Origin: Candidatus Campbellbacteria bacterium RIFOXYC2_FULL_35_25
GTDB taxonomy: Bacteria > Patescibacteriota > Minisyncoccia > Phycocordibacterales > UBA12079
NCBI GenBank assembly: GCA_001774495.1
Contig: MFAE01000002.1
Coordinates: 1 to 40,371, forward strand
Reading direction: 5' to 3'
DNA length: 40,371 nucleotides
Both the position numbers and the translations under genes were made by a program. This document shows, piece after piece, positions 18,906-28,253 of this stretch; the first letter of the stretch is position 1; the number at the start of each line of letters is the position of its first letter. The notes under the pieces are model-generated. The model had not been told where the DNA came from. It did no database searches and worked only from the letters and a program-made list of their open reading frames with translations.

Positions 18906-21056
18906 ATGAGCAGAGATTACCCATTGGAAAAAGTTAGAAATATTGGAATTATTGCCCACATTGATGCGGGAAAAACAACTGTGTCCGAAAGAGTTCTTTT
19001 TTACACAGGACTTTCGCATAAAATCGGTGAAGTTCACGAAGGTGAAGCTACTATGGACTGGATGGAACAGGAGAGAGAAAGGGGTATCACAATTACTTCT
19101 GCTGCTGTTACAACATTTTGGACGCCAACTTATGCTACAGGTAATGACTCTTTGAAACATCGTTTTAATATTATCGATACTCCTGGACACGTTGACTTCA
19201 CCGCTGAGGTGGAAAGGTCTCTTAAAGTTTTAGACGGAGGTGTAGTCGTTTTCGACGGTGTAGCCGGAGTAGAATCACAATCAGAAACCGTTTGGAGACA
19301 AGCTGATAAATATAAAGTTCCTAGGATTTGTTTCATCAATAAATTAGATAGAACTGGTGCTTCTTTCGATAGGTCTTTCAAGTCCATTATAGATAGACTA
19401 ACACCTAACGCTGTTAGAGCTCAATTGCCTATAGGAGAAGAGGGAAATCACGAAGGTGTAGTGGATCTTTTAACGATGAAAGCTTACTACTTTGAAGGAA
19501 ATATGGGGATGGATGTTAGGGAAGATGAGATTCCCGCAGACATGAAAGCCGAGGCTGAAAAATTCAGAGGAGAATTTATTGAAAAAATTGTTGAAAACGA
19601 CGAGGCGTTAATGAATGATTATCTAGAAGGGAAAGAAATTCCTCTTGATAAACTAAAAGCGACCTTGAGAAAAGGAGTAATTGCTTTGCAAATAATTCCT
19701 GTTTTTACAGGTTCTGCTCTAAAAAATAAGGGAGTTCAAAAAATGCTAGACGCCGTTGTTGATTATCTTCCTTCTCCACTCGATGTCCCTGCTATTAAAG
19801 GAATCGATCCTAAGACAGATAAAGAAGTTGAAAGACCTTCTGATGACAATGCTCCTTTTGCAGCTTTGGCTTTCAAATTGCAAACAGACCCGTTCGTAGG
19901 ACAATTAACTTTTTTTAGAGTTTATTCAGGAACTGTTGAAGCTGGTTCATACATTTACAATTCAACAACTGGTGAAAAAGAAAGACTAGGAAGAATCGTG
20001 AGAATGCATGCCAACGACAGAGAAGAGGTAAAGAAAGTTTATGCTGGAGAAATTGCAGCCGCTGTTGGTCTAAAAAGTACAAGAACATCAGATACTTTGT
20101 GTGATGAAAACAATCCAGTTATTCTAGAGAAGATTGAATTTATGAAACCTGTTGTGGCCGTAAGAATTGAACCTAAGACTAAGGCTGACCAAGAAAAGAT
20201 GGGGTTAGCTTTGAAGAAACTATCAGATGAAGATCCAACTTTCACAATAAATACAGATGCTGAAACTATGGAAACTATTATTGCTGGTATGGGAGAACTT
20301 CACTTGGAAGTTTTGGTAGACAGAATGAGAAGAGAATTTGGTGTTGAAGCTAATATCGGTAAACCTCAGGTTGCCTATAGAGAAACGATTCAAATACCAT
20401 CTTCTGCCGAAGTCAAATATGTTAAGCAGTCTGGAGGTAAGGGTCAGTATGGTCATGTTAAGATTAGAATTAAACCGTTAGAAAAATTAACAGAAGAAGA
20501 GATAAAGAACCTTCCTAAAAATACTAAGAGATTTGATGGAGGAATAGAATTTGTTAACAGTATTAAAGGAGGAGTTATTCCACAGGAATATATTCCTGCT
20601 GTAGAAAAAGGAATTAAAGAAGGAATGGAAAGAGGGGTTGTGGCTGGTTATAAGATGGTGGATGTTTCAACAGAATTATATGATGGTACTTACCACGACG
20701 TAGACTCATCAGAAATTGCTTTCAAGATTGCTGCATCACAAGCTTTTCAAGAAGCAGCAAGAAAAGCTAACCCAGTTTTACTTGAGCCCATTATGAAAGT
20801 CGAGGTTGTTACCCCAGAAGAATTTATGGGAGACGTAACTGGAAACCTAAGTTCAAAGAGAGGTCAAATTGATTCAATGGACGACAGAGGAGGGAACAGA
20901 GTAGTGAATGCTAAAGTTCCGTTGTCAGAAATGTTTGGGTACACAACTACTTTAAGGTCTATGACAGAAGGAAGAGCTTCTTCAACAATGGAGTTTGACC
21001 ACTATGATGTTGTTCCTGTTAATGTAGCTAAGGAGATAGTTGAGAAGAGGAAATAG
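18906..21056 (+). CDS. fusA: Elongation factor G
   Basis: [29 protein letters not shown]. Confidence 0.99.
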   Translation: MSRDYPLEKVRNIGIIAHIDAGKTTVSERVLFYTGLSHKIGEVHEGEATMDWMEQERERGITITSAAVTTFWTPTYATGNDSLKHRFNIIDTPGHVDFTAEVERSLKVLDGGVVVFDGVAGVESQSETVWRQADKYKVPRICFINKLDRTGASFDRSFKSIIDRLTPNAVRAQLPIGEEGNHEGVVDLLTMKAYYFEGNMGMDVREDEIPADMKAEAEKFRGEFIEKIVENDEALMNDYLEGKEIPLDKLKATLRKGVIALQIIPVFTGSALKNKGVQKMLDAVVDYLPSPLDVPAIKGIDPKTDKEVERPSDDNAPFAALAFKLQTDPFVGQLTFFRVYSGTVEAGSYIYNSTTGEKERLGRIVRMHANDREEVKKVYAGEIAAAVGLKSTRTSDTLCDENNPVILEKIEFMKPVVAVRIEPKTKADQEKMGLALKKLSDEDPTFTINTDAETMETIIAGMGELHLEVLVDRMRREFGVEANIGKPQVAYRETIQIPSSAEVKYVKQSGGKGQYGHVKIRIKPLEKLTEEEIKNLPKNTKRFDGGIEFVNSIKGGVIPQEYIPAVEKGIKEGMERGVVAGYKMVDVSTELYDGTYHDVDSSEIAFKIAASQAFQEAARKANPVLLEPIMKVEVVTPEEFMGDVTGNLSSKRGQIDSMDDRGGNRVVNAKVPLSEMFGYTTTLRSMTEGRASSTMEFDHYDVVPVNVAKEIVEKRK

Positions 21057-21091
21057 AAAGTAGATTTAGTCTTTTTAATTTACAAAAAGTT

Positions 21092-21121
21092 AAAAAAATA
21101 CCGCTCGAGCGGTATTTTTTT
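21092..21121 (+). terminator. Terminator after fusA
   Basis: AAAAAAATACCGC-TCGA-GCGGTATTTTTTT. Confidence 0.8.
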
Positions 21122-21176
21122 TAATCACATTTTTTCTAGTTTTATTTTTTAAAAAAAGTTATAATTCTTTTATAAT

Positions 21177-21458
21177 ATGGAAATAATAAATTTTGATATT
21201 GTAATGCTTGTTGTCATGATTGCCTCTTCCATTTGGGTATTCTTTATGATATCCGGTTATGGGGGAGTCATCGGGACTTCCTTTAAGACTATTGGGTGGG
21301 GGGCTATTTTTTTAGCAGGTTCTCATATATTTGAAGAATTAGCACATAAATTTATTACCTCGGAAATTAGTCAAACTTATGGTTTGTTGTATCACTCCAT
21401 AGAATTAGTTGGTTTTTTGATGATTATTTTTGGGCTTAGGATGTTGGTTAAAAAATAA
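21177..21458 (+). CDS. Small 3-TM membrane protein, paralog 1
   Basis: GYGGVIGTSFKTIGWGA motif shared with the next gene. Confidence 0.75.
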   Translation: MEIINFDIVMLVVMIASSIWVFFMISGYGGVIGTSFKTIGWGAIFLAGSHIFEELAHKFITSEISQTYGLLYHSIELVGFLMIIFGLRMLVKK

Positions 21459-21526
21459 AATTTTTTGTTTCAAATGATTGTTGTTGGTTTTCGAATATTA
21501 ATAGATTATGTTATTATTATAAAATT

Positions 21527-21814
21527 ATGGAAGTTTCTTTCTCAGTAGTTGTAGATTTAATCTTTTTTTCAATTCTTGTTGGTTCATCTCTTTTGCTTTT
21601 TATTATGCTTAGGGGGTACGGAGGCTCAATTGGTAAAAGTTTCGGGATAATTGGATGGGGAGCCCTCGTCTTTGGTTTTGCTTGTATATTAGAAAAATTC
21701 TTGCTCCAATTTTTTGGTTCTTATGGAAGTTTAATTAGTATTTTTAAAAATTTTCTTGATGCCACGGCATTACTTTTAATTTTATACGGATTTAAGTCGT
21801 TTTTAGGTAAATAG
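21527..21814 (+). CDS. Small 3-TM membrane protein, paralog 2
   Basis: GYGGSIGKSFGIIGWGA. Confidence 0.75.
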   Translation: MEVSFSVVVDLIFFSILVGSSLLLFIMLRGYGGSIGKSFGIIGWGALVFGFACILEKFLLQFFGSYGSLISIFKNFLDATALLLILYGFKSFLGK

Positions 21815-21851
21815 ATTTTTTTAGGAATGTTCGGAACTTCTCGAACAATTC

Positions 21852-21879
21852 TTGACTATTATTTATCTTTTGCTATTAT
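21852..21879 (+). promoter_or_regulatory. tuf promoter
   Basis: TTGACT-N16-TATTAT with extended TG. Confidence 0.55.
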
Positions 21880-21973
21880 ATGAGGGTAACGCAGTAGCGT
21901 TTATTTTTATATTTAATCACTTGCGTTAAAAGCGCGGTGTTAAAGTTATTATTAATAATTTAAAAAAAAAATT

Positions 21974-23170
21974 ATGGCAACTGAAGAATATAACAGAGAC
22001 AAGCCTCACGTAAATGTGGGAACCATCGGTCACGTTGACCACGGAAAGACAACTCTTACTGCAGCTATACTGCACGTTCTTAACCTAGCAGGAAACAAGG
22101 TTAAGTTGAGAGGTATTGATGATATTGATAATGCTCCAGAAGAAAAGGAGAGAGGAATTACAATTGCTCTTTCTCACAATGAGTATGAAACAAATGCTAG
22201 ACACTATGCTCATATCGATGCGCCAGGTCACGCAGACTACATCAAGAACATGATTACCGGTGCCGCTCAAATGGACGGTGCGATTTTAGTAGTTGCAGCA
22301 AACGACGGTGCTATGCCACAAACAAGAGAACACATCCTTTTGGCAAAGCAAGTTGGTGTACCTAAGATTATTGTTTTCTTAAACAAGATTGACCTTGTTG
22401 ACGATCCGGAGATGGTAGAATTGGTAGAAGAAGAAGTTAAAGACATGTTGAATCAATATGAATATGATGGAGATAATACTCCTTTCATCAAAGGTTCCGC
22501 TGTTAAAGCTCTTGAGACAACAGCAGTAACAGATGAATGGGCAGTACCAATCCTTGAATTAACAAAACAATTAGATGAATACATCCCTGTTCCTGTAAGA
22601 GATACAGACAAACCTTTCCTTATGCCAGTTGAAGATATTTTCTCAATTGAAGGAAGAGGAACAGTTTGTACTGGAAAGATTGAAAGAGGTATCATAAAAG
22701 TTGGTGAAGAAATTGCTATCGTTGGTATTAAAGACACTGTTAAGACAACAGTTACAGGTATCGAGATGTTCAACAAATCACTTTCAGAAGGACAGGCTGG
22801 GGACAACGCTGGTATTCTTCTAAGAGGAGTTAAGAAAGAAGATATCACAAGAGGACAGGTTCTTGCTAAACCAGGAACTGTTACACCTCATACAGATTTT
22901 GAAGCAGAAGTTTTGGTTCTAAAGAAAGAGGAAGGAGGACGACATACACCATTCTTCTCAGGATACAAACCTCAGTTCTACATCAGAACAACTGACGTTA
23001 CTGGAGAAGTTACTTTGAAAGAAGGTGTTGAAATGGTTATGCCAGGAGATACCGCTGTGTTCAAAGTTAAATTACATTCTCCAATTGCTCTTGAAGAACA
23101 ACAAAGATTTGCTGTTCGTGAAGGAGGGAGAACTGTTGGAGCCGGAGTAGTCACAAAAATCACCGCCTAA
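21974..23170 (+). CDS. tuf: Elongation factor Tu
   Basis: [38 protein letters not shown]. Confidence 0.99.
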   Translation: MATEEYNRDKPHVNVGTIGHVDHGKTTLTAAILHVLNLAGNKVKLRGIDDIDNAPEEKERGITIALSHNEYETNARHYAHIDAPGHADYIKNMITGAAQMDGAILVVAANDGAMPQTREHILLAKQVGVPKIIVFLNKIDLVDDPEMVELVEEEVKDMLNQYEYDGDNTPFIKGSAVKALETTAVTDEWAVPILELTKQLDEYIPVPVRDTDKPFLMPVEDIFSIEGRGTVCTGKIERGIIKVGEEIAIVGIKDTVKTTVTGIEMFNKSLSEGQAGDNAGILLRGVKKEDITRGQVLAKPGTVTPHTDFEAEVLVLKKEEGGRHTPFFSGYKPQFYIRTTDVTGEVTLKEGVEMVMPGDTAVFKVKLHSPIALEEQQRFAVREGGRTVGAGVVTKITA

Positions 23171-23172
23171 GC

Positions 23173-23293
23173 AAGATTTCTAAATTTGACTCCTGACTTT
23201 GTCGGTATCAAGAAAATTTATTTCGCCGTATTGAAATACGCCTCAATAAATTTTCTCTCACCTCCTCGTCATGCATTCAAATTTAAAAATCTT
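23173..23293 (+). repeat. ~125-bp hairpin element, copy after tuf
   Basis: TAAATTT..CTTTGTCG..TCGCCGTATTGAAATACGCCTC..CTCCTCG..AAATTTA. Confidence 0.85.
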
Positions 23294-23397
23294 TATCTTT
23301 GCCCAAACTTTTGAAATTTATCGATTTGTCATTTTGCGCCTCATTTGGGACGCAAAAGTGACAGATTGATATAAAAAGAGTATAGTTAAAAAAAATT

Positions 23398-23751
23398 ATG
23401 GAAGAAACAACAAAAACAAAAAAGGTAGATAAGAAAGTTGATATTATTCAAAAACTTAGAATAAGAGTTTTTGCTTATGAGCATAAAATTTTAGACTCAT
23501 CTATAAAGCAAATTATAGATACAGCTTTAAGATTTGACGCTAATATTAGCGGACCGATTCCTTTGCCAACAGAAATAAAGAAATATACCGTTAACCGGTC
23601 TTCTTTTGTTCACAAGGATGCAAGAGAGCAATTTGAAATGAGGGTTCACCGAAGATTAATTGATATTTTGAATCCATCAGCAAAAATAATTGAGGCTCTT
23701 ACGAATCTTAGTTTACCTTCGGGAGTATCTATCGACGTTAAAATAATGTAG
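23398..23751 (+). CDS. rpsJ: 30S ribosomal protein S10
   Basis: GPIPLPT, HKDAREQFEMRVHRRLIDI. Confidence 0.98.
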   Translation: MEETTKTKKVDKKVDIIQKLRIRVFAYEHKILDSSIKQIIDTALRFDANISGPIPLPTEIKKYTVNRSSFVHKDAREQFEMRVHRRLIDILNPSAKIIEALTNLSLPSGVSIDVKIM

Positions 23752-23754
23752 TTT

Positions 23755-23877
23755 TATTTGCCCATTTTTACGTCATCTGCAAAAAATTTTCAATCACAAA
23801 ATTTTCACAATAGGATAACTATTGCTCAAATTTTGTTCAATCAAATTTTTCGCATCTAACCCAAAAATGAACAAATA
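23755..23877 (+). repeat. Related ~123-bp hairpin element after rpsJ
   Basis: Long interrupted inverted repeat with a TCAC-stem-CTC apex and a TCAATC/TCAATC internal loop. Confidence 0.65.
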
Positions 23878-23888
23878 TTGAATTTTAG

Positions 23889-23941
23889 AAATCAGCGTGA
23901 AGTTTTTTAAAACTTTGTTTTAAAAAACTTCACGCTGATTT
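23889..23941. terminator. 25-bp-arm perfect inverted repeat (terminator-like)
   Basis: AAATCAGCGTGAAGTTTTTTAAAAC-TTT-GTTTTAAAAAACTTCACGCTGATTT. Confidence 0.7.
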
Positions 23942-24105
23942 TGTTTTTATAGTCTTTGCGAGCGATAGCGAAGCAATCCAGAAGCAATCGAGAATCATTG
24001 ACAAAGTTTGACTGTTTGTGTATGTTTATTGTGTAATTAGTTCGTTTTTTATGAATAGTGGCAACATCCGTTTAGGATAGCCACACAACAGGGGAGGTTA
24101 GTACC

Positions 24106-24723
24106 ATGGGTACAAAAGCCGAAGAACAAGCAAAAAAATCCATTTTTTCTGTAGCAGTCGTTGCGGTTGAATTGGCAAAATTGTTTGAGAGAGCAGGGGC
24201 GAGTTTAGAGGAAATTGCCGATATCGCTCGAAGAGGAAATGAAGGATTTGCTCGGCAGTGTCTTGGTTTGTACCGTGGCACTCACGAGTTTGTTGAAATG
24301 TTCGACCCCACGACCTTAATCGACCGTAAAGGACTCTGGCTTTCCTCAAATTTTCAAAAAGACATTTTGTCGGTTGCAAAAAAGACGATAAGAGTTTCTT
24401 TGGAAACATCTTACTTTGATCTTGATAAACGAGAGGCAGACGTCGAGTTCAGGGGTCGTCTTGGTAAGAACCATGTTTTTACAGCCACAGAGTTTTGTCT
24501 TTGGCTCGACCAAAAAACTGCTCTTCAACCAAATGGAGAAGAAGGAGAGCTTTTAAAGAGAAATTTCTGTTACGTTTGCGGGGTTGATAATGAGGTCTTT
24601 GTTGTGCATGTTGATTGGTATGCCGGCGATCGGGAGTGGGTCGTGCGTGCTTATTCATTGGAGGGCGGTCCTGGGTCTTCTGGTAGTCGTGCCTTTTCTC
24701 GCAACAGTATCTTGGCAAAATAA
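24106..24723 (+). CDS. Probable DGR target (variable) protein with CLec-like C-terminus
   Basis: QPNGEEGELL..NFCYV..V.VDW....W.V.A......GSRAFSRN; only 9 A in 24601-24700; own SD (GGAGG), promoter at 23998-24026 and downstream hairpin. Confidence 0.65.
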   Translation: MGTKAEEQAKKSIFSVAVVAVELAKLFERAGASLEEIADIARRGNEGFARQCLGLYRGTHEFVEMFDPTTLIDRKGLWLSSNFQKDILSVAKKTIRVSLETSYFDLDKREADVEFRGRLGKNHVFTATEFCLWLDQKTALQPNGEEGELLKRNFCYVCGVDNEVFVVHVDWYAGDREWVVRAYSLEGGPGSSGSRAFSRNSILAK

Positions 24724-24807
24724 TCCTTTTTGACCCTTTGTACCCTTACCCCCTTGGAAGCTTTGACGAAAGTCGAGGTAACCAAGGGGTTTTGTTTTAA
24801 ATTTGTT

Positions 24808-24896
24808 CTTATTACTTACTACTTAATACCCGTCTACCACTGCGAGGCACAAGCGGGCAGGCTTATTACTAGAAATTTTAGTTCTACTAAAATTTT
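24808..24896. repeat. Heptamer/hairpin element interrupted by a 33-nt GC-rich insert
   Basis: CTTATTA CTTACTA CTTAATA [24829-24861] CTTATTA then AAATTTTAGT-TCT-ACTAAAATTT. Confidence 0.7.
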
Positions 24897-25021
24897 ACTT
24901 GATTTTCTTTTCGATTTGTGTAGAATATAAGGATTATAAAAAAGGTTTGAGCCTTTTTTGTTTTTAAGGATTGATTCGGGGAATTCGAATTTAATTCGTA
25001 GTATTCGGATTATATAATTTT

Positions 25022-25639
25022 ATGAAATTTATTCTGGGAACAAAAGAACAAATGACGCAAGTCTTCAACAAAGAAGGTGTGGTTTTTCCTGTTACAATTA
25101 TAAGTGCAGGACCAATTACAGTAACCCAGATTAAAAACAAAGAAGGGGATGGTTACGAATCTATCCAAGTTGGCTACGGAGAAAAGAAAGAAAAAAATAT
25201 AAACAAACCTATGAAGGGACATTTGAAGGATTTGGGAAATTTTAGATATTTGAAAGAATTTTCTAATCCAGACAATACTCCTTTTGAAGTAAAAGTTGGT
25301 GACAAGATCGACGTTTCTTCTTTTAAAGAAGGGGAAGAAGTTGTTGTTTCATCAATCAGCAAAGGTAAGGGTTTCCAAGGTGTTGTGAAGAGACACAATT
25401 TCTCAGGAGGTCCTCGTTCACATGGGCAGAAACACAGCGAGAGAAAGCCAGGTTCAATCGGCTCCACAGGCCCTCAGAAGGTGTTTAAGGGAACAAGGAT
25501 GGCTGGAAGGATGGGAAGTGACAGGGTGACTGTTAAAAATCTTGAAATCGTTCAAATTGATAAAGAGAATAACCGAATATTAATAAAAGGAGCAATTTCT
25601 GGAAGACGAGGAACTTTAGTAGAAATAGTATCTACATAG
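25022..25639 (+). CDS. rplC: 50S ribosomal protein L3
   Basis: SKGKGFQGVVKRHNF, PGSIG, RMAGRMG. Confidence 0.98.
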   Translation: MKFILGTKEQMTQVFNKEGVVFPVTIISAGPITVTQIKNKEGDGYESIQVGYGEKKEKNINKPMKGHLKDLGNFRYLKEFSNPDNTPFEVKVGDKIDVSSFKEGEEVVVSSISKGKGFQGVVKRHNFSGGPRSHGQKHSERKPGSIGSTGPQKVFKGTRMAGRMGSDRVTVKNLEIVQIDKENNRILIKGAISGRRGTLVEIVST

Positions 25640-25743
25640 TTTACAGATGACAGTTTACAGTTTACAGAGCAAATTTTGGCTAAAGCTAAAATTTTCCAGA
25701 AAGAAAAACTGTAAACTGTAAACTGTAAACTGTAAACTTAAAA
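25640..25743. repeat. Heptamer/hairpin element (rplC-rplD)
   Basis: 4x NTNACAG, AAATTTTGGC-TAAA-GCTAAAATTT, 4x CTGTAAA. Confidence 0.9.
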
Positions 25744-25746
25744 ATT

Positions 25747-26523
25747 ATGAAAACAGATATCTACAATCAAAACGGAAAAAAAACAGGTGAAATTTCATTA
25801 CCAGAGTCTGTTTTTGGTGTTGCTTTTAATAATGATTTGGTTCACCAGGTGGTGGTTTCTATGATGTCCAATAAGAGAGCCCCTATTTCTCATACAAAAG
25901 ACAGGGGAGAAGTTAGCGGAGGAGGTATAAAGCCATGGAGACAAAAAGGAACAGGACGAGCAAGACATGGTTCTAGCCGTTCACCGATTTGGCGTGGTGG
26001 AGGTGTAACTTTTGGCCCAACAAACGAAAAGAATTACAGTAGAAAAATAAACAAGAAAACAAACACAAAGGCTCTTTACACCGTTTTGTCACAGAAGTAC
26101 AGAGACGGAGAAATTCTTTTTGTGGATAATTTTGAATTAAAAGAACCTAAATCAAAAGATGCAAGAAATATTGTTTCTGATTTGAGCAACGTAAAAGGTT
26201 TTGAAGGGATGCTTTCCAAGAGAAAAAATTCACTACACATTGCTTTGGGAGACAAAGACAAGAACGTAGAAAAAAGTTTTAATAACTTTGGGAATATTCA
26301 AATTGGTGAAGTAAGAAATTTAAATATTTTAAATATTTTAAATTATAAATATTTGGTTATTTCTAATCCAGATAAAAGTATTGAATTCTTGACTGGTAAA
26401 AAAGGCGTTGAAAAAAACAAAGAAACAAAAACAGTTAAGAAAGTAGAAAAAAAAGAAGTAGTAAAAGAGGTAGAAGCAAAAGTTAAAGAAACAAAAGCTA
26501 AAAAAACAACAGTTAAAAAATAA
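25747..26523 (+). CDS. rplD: 50S ribosomal protein L4 with Lys/Glu-rich tail
   Basis: KPWRQKGTGRARHGS.RSPIWRGGG. Confidence 0.98.
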   Translation: MKTDIYNQNGKKTGEISLPESVFGVAFNNDLVHQVVVSMMSNKRAPISHTKDRGEVSGGGIKPWRQKGTGRARHGSSRSPIWRGGGVTFGPTNEKNYSRKINKKTNTKALYTVLSQKYRDGEILFVDNFELKEPKSKDARNIVSDLSNVKGFEGMLSKRKNSLHIALGDKDKNVEKSFNNFGNIQIGEVRNLNILNILNYKYLVISNPDKSIEFLTGKKGVEKNKETKTVKKVEKKEVVKEVEAKVKETKAKKTTVKK

Positions 26524-26532
26524 AGGTGATGT

Positions 26533-26589
26533 AAAAAAATTTGCGAAGCAAAATTTTTACTAAAAACTATCAACTATCAACTAAAAACT
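26533..26589. repeat. Heptamer/hairpin element (rplD-rplW)
   Basis: AAAATTTGC-GAA-GCAAAATTTT then CTAAAAA CTATCAA CTATCAA CTAAAAA CT-ATG. Confidence 0.9.
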
Positions 26590-26898
26590 ATGAAAAACGT
26601 TTCAGATATAAAAAATAATATAGGTAAATCAGAAGGAGTAATTTTGAATCCGAGAATTACAGAAAAGTCTTCAGATAAAACTGCTGAAAATGTTTATGTT
26701 TTTGATGTTTCTCTTAGGGCAAATAAGGTACAAATAAAAGAAGCAATAAAAAATATCTATAAAGTTGAACCTAGAAAAATTAATGTTAGTAAAGTAGTAG
26801 CAAAGAACGTTTTCTCAAGAGGGAGAAAAGGGGTTAAGACAGGAGGAAAAAAGGCTTTTGTTTTCTTGAAGAAAGGAGACAAGATAGACATAATTTAA
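26590..26898 (+). CDS. rplW: 50S ribosomal protein L23
   Basis: PRITEKS, ANKVQIKEAI, KKAFVFLKKG. Confidence 0.96.
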   Translation: MKNVSDIKNNIGKSEGVILNPRITEKSSDKTAENVYVFDVSLRANKVQIKEAIKNIYKVEPRKINVSKVVAKNVFSRGRKGVKTGGKKAFVFLKKGDKIDII

Positions 26899-26899
26899 G

Positions 26900-26987
26900 C
26901 TAACAGATTACAGCTGACAGCTGACAGCAAAAAATTTGCGAAGCAAATTTTTAAAAAGGCTGTAAACTGTAAACTGTGAGCTGTAAG
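26900..26987. repeat. Heptamer/hairpin element (rplW-rplB)
   Basis: 4x NTNACAG, AAAAATTTGC-GAA-GCAAATTTTT, 4x CTGTRAR. Confidence 0.9.
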
Positions 26988-27053
26988 CTTCATTAATAAT
27001 TAAAGTTCGCAATAGCTGATAATTATTGCAGGCCGTAGAGCCGATATAAAAAC

Positions 27054-27896
27054 ATGAAGATAAATAAACCAACAACACCATCAAGAAGACACATGACCGG
27101 TATAAATTACCGAGATTTTTTGACAGCTTCTGAACCACATAAAGCTCTTACGAAAGGTGGAAAGAGGGGGGTAGGAAGAAACGCTTTCGGAAGAATCACA
27201 ACAAGACACAAAGGAGGAGGTCATAAGAGAAAATATCGTCAAATTGATTTTAAATATAATAAATTTAATATTCCAGCAAAGGTAGAAACTGTTGAGTATG
27301 ATCCATACAGATCAGGTTTTATTGCTTTGGTATGTTACGAGGACGGAGAAAGAAGATATGTTTTAGCTCCAAAATCTGTGAAGGTTGGAGACAAGATGAT
27401 TGTTTCAGAAAAGGCAGAATTGAAAGCTGGAAACAGAGTAATGCTAAAAAATGCTCCCGTTGGTACTTATGTTTACAATGTTGAGATAAAACCGTTGGGT
27501 GGAGCAAAGATTGCAAGGTCAGCTGGAAATTATGCAGAAGTAATTGCTCATGACTCTGGATACATGCACCTAAAGATGCCTTCATCAGAAATTAGAAAAG
27601 TTTTAGATACTTGTTGGGCTTCTATTGGAGAAGTTTCAAATGATGAACATAAATTGGTTGTTATTGGAAAAGCCGGAAGATCTCGATGGATGGGAATAAG
27701 GCCAACCGTTAGAGGTAGTGCCATGAACCCAGTTGACCACCCTTATGGAGGCGGAGAAGGAAAGTCAGGACGAGGTTTGAGAAGAGCCAAGACAAAGTGG
27801 GGCAAGCCATCAGGAAAGGGTCAAAAGACAAGAACACCGAAGAAATATTCAAATCAACTTGTTGTTAGAAGGAGAAAGGTTGGTAAGAAGCGATAA
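27054..27896 (+). CDS. rplB: 50S ribosomal protein L2
   Basis: GGGHKR, EYDPYRS, RPTVRGSAMNPVDHPYGGGEG. Confidence 0.99.
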   Translation: MKINKPTTPSRRHMTGINYRDFLTASEPHKALTKGGKRGVGRNAFGRITTRHKGGGHKRKYRQIDFKYNKFNIPAKVETVEYDPYRSGFIALVCYEDGERRYVLAPKSVKVGDKMIVSEKAELKAGNRVMLKNAPVGTYVYNVEIKPLGGAKIARSAGNYAEVIAHDSGYMHLKMPSSEIRKVLDTCWASIGEVSNDEHKLVVIGKAGRSRWMGIRPTVRGSAMNPVDHPYGGGEGKSGRGLRRAKTKWGKPSGKGQKTRTPKKYSNQLVVRRRKVGKKR

Positions 27897-27929
27897 TTAT
27901 TTTAATTCAAAGTTTGAAATTATTTAAAC

Positions 27930-27963
27930 AAAAAAACAATGGTTAAGGCCATTGTTTTTTTTT
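27930..27963 (+). terminator. Terminator ending the S10 fragment after rplB
   Basis: AAAAAAACAATGG...CCATTGTTTTTTT. Confidence 0.75.
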
Positions 27964-27977
27964 GTGTTTTTAAACTA

Positions 27978-28006
27978 TTGACACTATTAAATAAGTAGCA
28001 TATAAT
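27978..28006 (+). promoter_or_regulatory. Consensus sigma70 promoter
   Basis: TTGACA-N17-TATAAT, a perfect match. Confidence 0.8.
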
Positions 28007-28012
28007 GTAAGT

Positions 28013-28197
28013 AAGAAAGAGAGTTGATTGTAACTTTTTGGTGAAGTTTTCCAAATCACTCCCCGTTCGCGCCCGGCGGAACCGGCTGTGGATGAAAGCT
28101 CCACGTAAGAGGGGTGGTAGGCTGAGTTCTTATAGCCGAACCACGTATCTAGAGAGTGATGCTGTGAGAAACCCCGTCGATTGGATGACGGGGTTTT
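28013..28197 (+). ncRNA. Putative stand-alone structured ncRNA, family unknown
   Basis: GC-rich multi-stem core at 28055-28160 between a perfect promoter and terminator AAACCCCGTC...GACGGGGTTTT. Confidence 0.55.
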
Positions 28198-28253
28198 CGC
28201 GTCTATCAGGAATCGTTTTTGCTACTAGGCTTAATAATTGATATTATATTACC

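Noticed and set aside
28056-28080. Complementarity of the ncRNA candidate to the DGR-like variable region
   Set aside because: The match is short and gapped, and lacks the A-specific mismatch pattern of a template repeat.
28038-28241. 67-aa ORF
   Set aside because: TTG start without SD, runs through a terminator and has no recognisable motifs; better explained as structured RNA.
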